Source: Alphaproteobacteria bacterium
GTDB lineage: Bacteria; Pseudomonadota; Alphaproteobacteria; Acetobacterales; Acetobacteraceae
Direction of reading: 5' to 3'
Assembly: GCA_026400845.1 (NCBI GenBank)
Contig: JAPLOH010000053.1
Coordinates: 40,411 to 104,410 of the forward strand
DNA: 64,000 nt
Position 1 is the first letter of the stretch. Every line of letters begins with the position of its first letter. The position numbers were made by a program, and so were the translations under genes. Shown piece after piece: positions 56,830 to 64,000 of this stretch. Under the pieces are notes generated by a model. That model did not search any database and was not told the DNA's origin. It was given only the letters and a program-made list of their open reading frames with translations.

Positions 56830-57636
56830 CTAGGGCAGCAGGATCTGCGTCTGCGATCCCGCGTCGTATTTCCTGAGGTAGTCGCTGATGCGCTCGAAGG
56901 TCGCGGTCACCGGCGGCTTGCCGGGCTCCTGGTCGGACATCGAGACCCCCGCGGTGAACATCGAGCCGAGCAGCAGCTTGAACGGGTTGACGTTGACCGG
57001 TTGGGCGATGAAGTAGGCGCGCTCGGCGTCCTTGATCTTCTGGGGGTCCCCGGTGCGGTAGATCGCGGCGTTCACCACATCGAGCACGAATTCGGTGCAG
57101 TTCTGCCGGCCCAGGGTGAAGGGGTTGGCGATGACGGAGTAGTGGGGGTCGTGCAGGGCCTTGTAGGTGGGGGAGGCGATGACATCGAGCAGCCGTGTCT
57201 GCAATTCCTCGGAGGGGATGATGATCCCGGCCTCGAGCTTGGCCACCGCGGCAAAGAAATCGGCCGGATAGTCCTGCACGAGACTGCTGACGTCGGGCTT
57301 CGCGTCGTCCTGGTAGAGATTGTACATCGCGTAGCCCGGCACTTTCCTGCCGTCGGCCAGCGTGATCTGCGAGTAGACGGCGAAGCCGACATGGGAGAAA
57401 TGCATTCCCTCCGGCAGATCGGCCGGCGGCACGCCGACGCGCCCGACGATGGCGACGCGGGCGCCCACGCCAGCGATGGTGCGCTCGACCTTTTTGGCGA
57501 AGGTGATAATCTGCTCGGGCTTGAAATGCGCGACCTCAGTGGCGTTGCTGCTCGCGGCGCTCAGGCCGGCGGCGGCGGCCGGAACAGCCAGACCGAGGCC
57601 CGTGGCAAGCGCTGCTGCTGCGAATACGTTCCTCAT
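56830..57636 (-). CDS. DUF2145-like secreted protein
   Basis: Track ORF 56830..58047. The likely start is MRNVFAAAALATGLGLAVPAAAA (signal peptide). The family assignment is from memory only. Confidence 0.55.
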   Translation of the reverse strand: MRNVFAAAALATGLGLAVPAAAAGLSAASSNATEVAHFKPEQIITFAKKVERTIAGVGARVAIVGRVGVPPADLPEGMHFSHVGFAVYSQITLADGRKVPGYAMYNLYQDDAKPDVSSLVQDYPADFFAAVAKLEAGIIIPSEELQTRLLDVIASPTYKALHDPHYSVIANPFTLGRQNCTEFVLDVVNAAIYRTGDPQKIKDAERAYFIAQPVNVNPFKLLLGSMFTAGVSMSDQEPGKPPVTATFERISDYLRKYDAGSQTQILLP

Positions 57637-57992
57637 GGCTTTGCCTTCAGCGCCTGGTCGGGCGAGATCACCGTGATGGTCTGGTCGGTCACCGGGAGTG
57701 GTGTACCGGGTCGGGCGGAGGCGGCTTGGGCGGAGGCATTGGCCGCCGAACCGCTCGCGGCACCCGCCGAGGCGGCGACACCCTGGCTGGCCTTGAGAGG
57801 CACCGAGGAGGCGCCGAGTGCCACCTGTCCCGAGGCGGCAAGGGAATGCGCGGCGCTGCCGCTGGCGAGCCCGCTGGCTTGCGCGCCCTGCTGCACCGCG
57901 ATGCCGGCATTCGCGGCGGGCTGGGCCAAAGCGGCGCTCGTGAGGCCGATCGCCGCAGCGAGCACCAGAACGGGAGTGAATACGCGTAACAT
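57633..57992 (-). CDS. Ala/Gly/Ser-rich low-complexity secreted protein
   Basis: Track ORF 57633..58007. The likely start is MLRVFTPVLVLAAAIGLTSAALA (signal peptide). Its stop overlaps the start of the next gene. Confidence 0.45.
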   Translation of the reverse strand: MLRVFTPVLVLAAAIGLTSAALAQPAANAGIAVQQGAQASGLASGSAAHSLAASGQVALGASSVPLKASQGVAASAGAASGSAANASAQAASARPGTPLPVTDQTITVISPDQALKAKP

Positions 57993-58138
57993 CGACACCT
58001 CCTGCAATTTCGTGACGAAACAGCGACAGCGGCGATGATATGGGCATTCGAGGTGCGGCAGAAAAGCCTCAGTGAGATGGATTTCGCGACGCCGCCGTGT
58101 CCGTTAGTCTCCGGTCGAACACGCGGGGAGACGTCGGG

Positions 58139-59041
58139 ATGGGCCGGGCTGAGGTGAAGGGGCGGGTGGTGCCGGCGGCGCTGCTGGGCGAGTTGGTCGA
58201 TGCGACCGGTCTGCGTGCCGATGGCGCGGCGCTGCGGGACAGGCTCGCGGCGGACGGCTACGTGTTTCTCCGCAACGTGATCGATCCCGCCGCGGTGGCG
58301 GCCGGGCGTGCCGAAATCCTGGCGCGGCTGGAGGCGGTCGGTGAAATCGTTCCCGGCAGCGATGGCGTGTTCACCGGAACCTCCCGCCGCCGCGAAATGG
58401 CGCCCGATCTCGGCGCCTTCTGGCAATCCGTCAGCGAGGGACCGGAGTTCCGCGCCGTCTCGCACGGGCCGGCGGTGAGCGAGGTGATGGCGGCGATCGC
58501 GGACGGCCCGGTGCAGGCGCAGGACTACGTGTTCCTCCGCGTCGGCGTGCCCGGCCGTGCTACCGGGCTGCATTTTGACGCACCCTTCTTCACCCGCATG
58601 CACGATCAGGTCTGGACCGTCTGGCTCCCCCTCGGCGACGCGTCGGTCGAGCAGGGGCCCTTGGTCGTGGTTGAGGGCTCCCACCGCTGGGAAGACGCGA
58701 TCGGTCAGGTCCGCGGCTTCGACGTGGTGCGCGATACCACCCGCAAAGCCGATTTCGGCGCGGACGCCATCGCCGTGGCACAAAGCCGCGGCGCCCGCCT
58801 GCTGACGGCGGATTTCCGCGCCGGCGACCTCATCCTGTTCGGCATGTACACGCTGCACGGCAGCCTCGACCACCACGATACCTCCGGCCGAGTGCGCGTC
58901 TCCTGCGACGTGCGCTGGCAATCCGCCGCCATGCCGCTCGACCCGCGCTATTTCGGCGCCAACCCCGGCGGCACCACCGGCGCCGGCTATGGCGAGCTCA
59001 ACGGCGCCAAACCCCTCGACCAGCCCTGGCATGTCAGGTGA
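58139..59041 (+). CDS. phytanoyl-CoA dioxygenase (PhyH) family Fe(II)/2OG oxygenase
   Basis: Track ORF 58097..59041. The likely start is MGRAEVKG. HFD (H-x-D) motif in GLHFDAPFF and a distal His (YTLHGS). Confidence 0.7.
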   Translation: MGRAEVKGRVVPAALLGELVDATGLRADGAALRDRLAADGYVFLRNVIDPAAVAAGRAEILARLEAVGEIVPGSDGVFTGTSRRREMAPDLGAFWQSVSEGPEFRAVSHGPAVSEVMAAIADGPVQAQDYVFLRVGVPGRATGLHFDAPFFTRMHDQVWTVWLPLGDASVEQGPLVVVEGSHRWEDAIGQVRGFDVVRDTTRKADFGADAIAVAQSRGARLLTADFRAGDLILFGMYTLHGSLDHHDTSGRVRVSCDVRWQSAAMPLDPRYFGANPGGTTGAGYGELNGAKPLDQPWHVR

Positions 59042-59069
59042 TGCTGCCCCCGCACACAGGAGACCCGCG

Positions 59070-60647
59070 ATGCTGAACGCCGCCATCGACAAACTCTTCG
59101 CCCAATGGACCGGCCCGCAAAGCCCCGGCGCCGTCGTCGGCGTCACCCGCAACGACGCCCTGATCCATGAGGCCGCCTATGGCATGGCCGATATCGCCCA
59201 TGGCATCCCGCTCGACCGGCACTCCGTGATCCGCATCGGCTCGCAATCCAAGCAGTTCACCGTGCTGCTCGCCCTGCTGCTGGAGGCCGAGGGCAAGCTC
59301 TCCATGGACGAGGACGTGCATCGCTACGCCCCCTGGCTGCCGCCCTTCCCCCACAAGGTGACGCTGCATCACCTCGCTACCAATACCGGCGGGCTGCGCG
59401 ATTTCCTGGAAATCATGATTTGGAACGGCCTGCCATTGGCGTCGGACTCCAGCCGCGCCCTCTCGCGGCGGCTGCTGGCGCGGCACGCCGAGGTGAACTA
59501 CGTGCCGGGCAGCCAGATGCTCTACTCCAACACCGGGTTCTTCCTGCTGTCGGAAATCATCGAGGAAGTCTCGGGCCGCAGCTATAACGAGCTCCTCGCC
59601 CACTACATCACCGGCCGCGTCGGCATGCCCGACACCTGCCTGCAAGCGCGCGACGCCGAAATCCTGCCGCGGCTGGTCAACATGCACCTCAAGGGCAAGA
59701 CGGGCTGGGAAACCGTGCGCTGGGGCTTCCCGCTCGGCGGCGAGGGCGGCATGGTCTCTACCCTCGTCGACATGCTGGCCTGGCAAGCCACCCTCGCCAA
59801 CCCGCCTGCCGACTGGCAACCGCTCCTCGCCAGGATGACCGCGCCCCTCCATTACACCAACGGCACCGAGACCCTGTACCGCATGGGCCTGGTGGTCGAC
59901 CGCTATCGCGGCGCGCTCGGCATCGGCCACGGCGGCGGGGTGGCGGGCGGCAAGTCGGAATCCATCCGCTTCCCGGAGCATGGGCTGGGCGTGGTGATCC
60001 TCGGCAATCTCTCGGAAATGGCGCCGTTCTCGCTGGCCCGCCGCATCGCCGATATCGCGCTGGAGGGAGACCTCACGCCCCGCCATCCCCCCGCGGGGGC
60101 GGCGGCGATGTGCGCGGCGTCCGGCGTTTACCGCGAAATCGGCAGCGGCGAAGTGTTCATCCTCACCGCGTCGAACGGCGCGCCGGTTTTCCGCAGCCTG
60201 GGCAGCACGAGTTCCGGCGCCACCGCGATGGACGAGGGGGCCCCCGGCATTTTCATGCCGGAGCGCCCGACCGCGCATCTGGAGCTAACGCCGCACGCCG
60301 ACGGCACGCTCGCCGCGACGTTCTGCGGCACGCCGACCCGCTATCGCAAGGTGGTTCCGCCCAAGTCGCCGCCTCGCGATCTCGACGGAAGTTACGCCAA
60401 CCGTGCGCTCGGCCTCGATGCGAGCATTGAGACGGCAGACGGCGTGACCAGCCTGCTGGTCCGCTCCGACGTCGGTGCGATGCGCAGTGACCTGGAATGG
60501 ATCGACACGGATTTGCTAGCCGTCCACCCCGCGGGCCAGATGGGGCTCGCGGCGACCTTCACCGCGACGCTGCGGCTGGTTGAGGGCGGGCTTGAGCTCA
60601 CGACGGATCGGACCAAGGGGCTGCGGTTTATGCCGGTGACACGTTGA
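59070..60647 (+). CDS. serine hydrolase, beta-lactamase/D-aminopeptidase-like family
   Basis: Track ORF 58989..60647. The likely start is ATG 59070 (MLNAAIDKLF), after aggaga. SxxK motif (GSQSKQF) and YSN motif (LYSNTGF). An extra C-terminal domain follows. Confidence 0.8.
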   Translation: MLNAAIDKLFAQWTGPQSPGAVVGVTRNDALIHEAAYGMADIAHGIPLDRHSVIRIGSQSKQFTVLLALLLEAEGKLSMDEDVHRYAPWLPPFPHKVTLHHLATNTGGLRDFLEIMIWNGLPLASDSSRALSRRLLARHAEVNYVPGSQMLYSNTGFFLLSEIIEEVSGRSYNELLAHYITGRVGMPDTCLQARDAEILPRLVNMHLKGKTGWETVRWGFPLGGEGGMVSTLVDMLAWQATLANPPADWQPLLARMTAPLHYTNGTETLYRMGLVVDRYRGALGIGHGGGVAGGKSESIRFPEHGLGVVILGNLSEMAPFSLARRIADIALEGDLTPRHPPAGAAAMCAASGVYREIGSGEVFILTASNGAPVFRSLGSTSSGATAMDEGAPGIFMPERPTAHLELTPHADGTLAATFCGTPTRYRKVVPPKSPPRDLDGSYANRALGLDASIETADGVTSLLVRSDVGAMRSDLEWIDTDLLAVHPAGQMGLAATFTATLRLVEGGLELTTDRTKGLRFMPVTR

Positions 60648-60649
60648 CT

Positions 60650-60965
60650 GGCGCAACCGGATGCGGCGCAAGACCTCGCAGAGCACCTGCGCGATGCGCA
60701 GCGGCACCCGCCGGTAGTCGATGCCGGCCGCGAGGCGCACAGCGATCCCAGATCTCTACTCGGTCTGCCGCAGCACCAGAAGGTCACCATCGGGGAATAT
60801 CAGCCCGCCGTTGAACGGAGCCTCGATTGGCCGCATGCAGACAGGTGACAGGCCGGGCAAAACGGGGGTAGCTTCGTGCGTGGTGGGCATGGCGAGTCTG
60901 GGATTGGTATCGACACTGAAATAGAGAATAATGTCGTAGGATTGTCTCCATTCCCGTCGACCAAC
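60650..60965 (-). mobile_element. remnant of an IS1380-family insertion sequence (5' fragment of the transposase gene, frameshifted and truncated)
   Basis: Minus-strand ORF fragment MPTTHEATPVLPGLSPVCMRPIEAPFNGGLIFPDGDLLVLRQTE, continuing in another frame as RLAAGIDYRRVPLRIAQVLCEVLRRI. This resembles the conserved IS1380 transposase N-terminus (…FDGG.L.SD.G.LLL… then ..RLA.C..D.R....I.H....L..QR.), from memory. A locally AT-richer patch lies upstream (60890-60965). Confidence 0.35.
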
Positions 60966-61015
60966 AGGCCTAATCCCGGCTAGCATTCGGTAAAATTCGG
61001 GCGGAGGATGGGCCG

Positions 61016-62188
61016 ATGGCGGGATCGAGGGAAACGTCGCTGCAGGTTCCGGTGCGCGTCACGCGGGTGAGCGTGGCGCCGCTGGTGGGGGAGACGCCGA
61101 AAGGTGGTTGGTCGACTGAGATCCGACCAGAAGATTCCATCCATTCGCTGCTCGCCGTGCACACCGATGCCGGCGTCATCGGCCATGGCAGCGTGTTCAC
61201 CAATGGCGGCCTCGCGGAGGCAGGCGTGAAGGTGCTGGAGCCGCTGTTCTTAGGCGAGAATGCCCTCGAACCCGAGCGGGTCAGCGAGAAGATGCACCAG
61301 AACACCTTTTGGATGGGCCGCGGTGGCACACTCACCCATGTGATCGGCGGCATCGACATCGCGCTGTGGGATATCCTCGGAAAAGTCACCGGCATGCCGG
61401 TCGGCCGCCTGCTAGGCGGCACCTACACCAAACGCGTGCAGCCATATTGCTCGCTGCTGATGGAAGAGCCCGACCCAATGCGTGACCTGCTGGCCGAATA
61501 CCGCGCCAAGGGCTTTCGCGCCTTCAAGATCGGCTGGGGCCCGTTCGGCCGGCGCGATGACACTAGGCTCGACGAAGCAATTGTCCGCGCCGCCCGCGAA
61601 GGTGCGGGTGATGACACCAAGTTGTTCGTCGATGCCGGCGCGTCGGACAGTTATTGGCCGCAAGGCCTAAAGTGGGCGATGCGGACCGCCGAAATGCTCA
61701 AGGACTACAACGTAGGCTGGTTCGAGGAAGCGCTGCGCCCCGATGCCATCGACGATTTCTGCCACCTCCGCCGCGTCTCCCCCGTGCCCATCGCCGGCGG
61801 CGAATGCCTCACCCGCCGTCAAACCTTCCTCCCCTGGCTGCAACGCGGCGCACTCGACATCATCCAACCCGACGTCACCAAAGTCGGAGGCATGTCCGAA
61901 CAACGCCGCATCGCCAGGATGGCCGACGATTACGGCGTGAAATACGTCGGCCACGGCTGGAATACCGCCGTCGGCCTAGCCGCCGACCTGCAAATGGCCA
62001 GCGCTTTCCCCAATGTCGACCTCGTCGAATACATCGGCGGCAGCCCCTACCTCGACGGAATTACCCAATGCCCCTTCAAACTCGATAGCCAAGGCTGGCT
62101 CGAAATCCCCGAAGAACCTGGCCTTGGACTCCATCTCGACCGCGACAAACTCGCCGCCTACACGCGAGATCCGGCTGTGTTGTTCTAG
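61016..62188 (+). CDS. mandelate racemase/muconate lactonizing enzyme family (enolase superfamily) protein
   Basis: 390 aa. IDIALWDILGK, metal ligands in VDAGAS / WFEEAL / IQPDV, and a KVGG region. Confidence 0.85.
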   Translation: MAGSRETSLQVPVRVTRVSVAPLVGETPKGGWSTEIRPEDSIHSLLAVHTDAGVIGHGSVFTNGGLAEAGVKVLEPLFLGENALEPERVSEKMHQNTFWMGRGGTLTHVIGGIDIALWDILGKVTGMPVGRLLGGTYTKRVQPYCSLLMEEPDPMRDLLAEYRAKGFRAFKIGWGPFGRRDDTRLDEAIVRAAREGAGDDTKLFVDAGASDSYWPQGLKWAMRTAEMLKDYNVGWFEEALRPDAIDDFCHLRRVSPVPIAGGECLTRRQTFLPWLQRGALDIIQPDVTKVGGMSEQRRIARMADDYGVKYVGHGWNTAVGLAADLQMASAFPNVDLVEYIGGSPYLDGITQCPFKLDSQGWLEIPEEPGLGLHLDRDKLAAYTRDPAVLF

Positions 62189-62689
62189 GCGCCAAACGAA
62201 GGTCGAGCGGGGCGCGCATAGGCCAAGGCATGGGTGCACGGAGGCGATTGTATGATTTCAGCGGCTGCAGTGGTTGATTTCGATCGACGCCTGATCCGCG
62301 ATTTCCACCGTGATGTGATCCGCCTCAATGGGCAATTCCCCGCCGGCAGGATGGGGTCGAATCACTGGGTTGTCCGATCGCGTTTGGTGGTTTTGGCGCT
62401 GGCCTTGAAGCGAAGCTGTCGTTTCCGGTTTGTAGGATGTGGCAGCAGTGCGTCAGGCGGCTGATCTGACTTTTCGAGCTGCGGGCCTGTAGAAGCGCGC
62501 AAAGGGTGATCTTGTCCTCGGTCGCCGAGGCAGCACCGGCGCATAGACCACTTCGGCGGGCGTGGTCGGTGCGCGTCAATGAACCAGCGTTCAAGTCGTT
62601 TGATGAAACTGACCGAATCCCGAATTGGAATTGCGATCTTCATTCAACCGGCTTTCGACCGTGCCCGCGCGGCGGGGCTCTACGCCGGG

Positions 62690-63529
62690 CTAGCCTGAGC
62701 CGAACGCCGCCGCCTTGTCGAAGCCGGCGGACAGCCGCGCGTAGCGGTCGTCGATCATTCCGCGCATTTGCGGATGAGTAAAGATGTAGAGGTCGTCGTC
62801 GCGGATGCCGGCCAGCACGCGGGCGGCGGCTTCGGCGGGGGGGATGCCGTGATCCATGGTGAGTTTGGTGCCCGCTGCCGCCGCCCGGCCCTCGCGACTG
62901 TTGGGCGGCGGCGGCGGCACGCTGGCGGGCGCGTTGCGCCGGCTTTCGTAGAACTCGGTATTCACCGCGCCCGGGCATAGCACGCTGGCGCCGAGCGCCG
63001 TGCCGGCAAGCTCTCCGGCCAGCGCCTCCGTCAGGCTCACCACGGCGGCCTTGCTGGCGCAGTACGGCCCCATGCCCCTGAACCCGTTCATGCCCGCCAT
63101 GCTGCCGGTGTTGACGATGTGACCGGTCTCGCCGTGGGCCTTCATATGCGGCAGGAATTCGCCGAGCCCGTGGATCACCCCCATGAGGTTGACCCCCATC
63201 AGCCAGGACCACGCCGCCGGGGAGACGGTGTCGATCCGCCCGCCGGTGCCGACGCCGGCGTTGTTGCACAACACGTGGATACTTCCGAAATGACCGATCG
63301 CCGCATCGCGCGCCGCGGCCACCGACTCGCGTCGCGCAACGTCGCATTGCACCACGCGCAGCCGTTCGCCATGAACCGCGAGATCGGCCGCCGCGCGATC
63401 CAGCGCCGCTGCCTCGATATCGGCCAGCACGACGTTCATGCCGGCTTCGAGCAACGCCCGGCACAGCGCGAAGCCGATCCCGCTCGCGCCGCCAGTGACG
63501 AACCCGGTCTTCCCCGCGAAATCCTGCAT
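62690..63529 (-). CDS. SDR family oxidoreductase
   Basis: Track ORF 62690..63559 (TTG start). The internal ATG giving MQDFAGKTGFVTGGASGIGF is more plausible. TGxxxGIG and YCASK motifs. Confidence 0.85.
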   Translation of the reverse strand: MQDFAGKTGFVTGGASGIGFALCRALLEAGMNVVLADIEAAALDRAAADLAVHGERLRVVQCDVARRESVAAARDAAIGHFGSIHVLCNNAGVGTGGRIDTVSPAAWSWLMGVNLMGVIHGLGEFLPHMKAHGETGHIVNTGSMAGMNGFRGMGPYCASKAAVVSLTEALAGELAGTALGASVLCPGAVNTEFYESRRNAPASVPPPPPNSREGRAAAAGTKLTMDHGIPPAEAAARVLAGIRDDDLYIFTHPQMRGMIDDRYARLSAGFDKAAAFGSG

Positions 63530-63584
63530 TGTCTTGGTTTCCTTGTATCGATTGGACAAGCCGGGGTTGGTTGTTGCAGGTTTA

Positions 63585-63708
63585 GGAAGCGCTTCTTTTT
63601 GAAAAAAGAAGCAAAAACTTTTTATACGTTGCTTCGCGCTCTCCCCGGGGAGAGCGAAACAACGTGGACAAGTTTTTTGGTTCTTTTTTTCAAAAAAGAA
63701 CCGCTTCC
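63585..63708. repeat. full copy E of the nested-palindrome repeat element
   Basis: ggaagcgcttctttttgaaaaaagaagcaaaaactttt, then the palindromic centre acgttgcttcgcgctctcccc/ggggagagcgaaacaacgt, then aagttttttggttctttttttcaaaaaagaaccgcttcc. Confidence 0.9.
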
Positions 63709-63718
63709 TTCCGCAGGC

Positions 63719-64000
63719 TCACGCCAGTACCCGCCGCCCCGCATCGAGCAGCATCTCGCTCACCCACGGCCCATCCATCACGTCGGCCTGCATGAGTTTC
63801 CCGGCCGCGTGCACCCGCCGGGTAATGTCGTCCATCACCTTGACGACCTCGGGGTGGTCGGGCTCGCCGGGAAAACCGAGGCTCTGCGCGAGGTCGTTCG
63901 GCCCGATGCTGTACATGTCGATGCCGGGTACGGCGAGGATGGCGTCGAGGTTGTCGACGGCCTCGCGGTCCTCCAGCAGGGCGATCACCAGCATCTGGGC
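63719..64000 (-). CDS. HpcH/HpaI family aldolase (C-terminal part; the gene continues beyond the right edge)
   Basis: Track ORF 63719..63994. The reading frame is still open at the window end. …IALLEDREAVDNLDAILAVPGIDMYSIGPNDLAQSLG is typical of HpcH/HpaI aldolases. Confidence 0.75.
   Translation of the reverse strand, partial: AQMLVIALLEDREAVDNLDAILAVPGIDMYSIGPNDLAQSLGFPGEPDHPEVVKVMDDITRRVHAAGKLMQADVMDGPWVSEMLLDAGRRVLA

Overview
The window is a visibly GC-rich chromosomal segment that looks alphaproteobacterial. The evidence is the hemE / DUF299 kinase / maf synteny, HemJ, MbfA, Hint-domain proteins and an IS1380-type remnant, which together suggest an Acetobacteraceae/Rhodospirillales-like organism. 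This placement is inference only. The window is densely packed, with about 60 genes, mostly housekeeping and metabolic:
- Core functions: leuS-lptE, rho, ahcY, kup, gor, gabD, scoAB, and a heme cluster (hemE-hemH-HAD-hemJ-GNAT).
- Transport and envelope: mbfA, two cytochrome b561 genes (one paired with yceI), a porin, and a putative Kdo hydroxylase.
- Uptake: two sugar-type ABC operons that both lack an ATPase gene, one of them next to two nucleoside hydrolases.
- RNA: one tRNA-Ala(GGC).

The high GC content produces many long spurious antisense ORFs in the track, and these were rejected.

The most unusual features, in descending order of interest:
1. A family of AT-rich, nested-palindromic elements of about 125 bp, with three full copies and two half copies. 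The two half copies are inverted repeats of each other and exactly bracket a 3.4-kb cassette of three uncharacterised ORFs at 5.5-9.1 kb. One of those ORFs is a TPR protein split by a single in-frame TAG.
2. A 1493-aa beta-helix-repeat protein carrying a C-terminal Hint (intein-like) domain. Its last 16 codons and stop codon are supplied by one of the repeat elements.
3. A candidate oriC in the hemE / DUF299 intergenic region.
4. Mobile-element debris flanking an enolase-superfamily gene at 60.6-62.7 kb.

I found no CRISPR array, rRNA or intact transposase. All functional calls rest on recognising motifs in the translated ORFs by eye. No database search was run.
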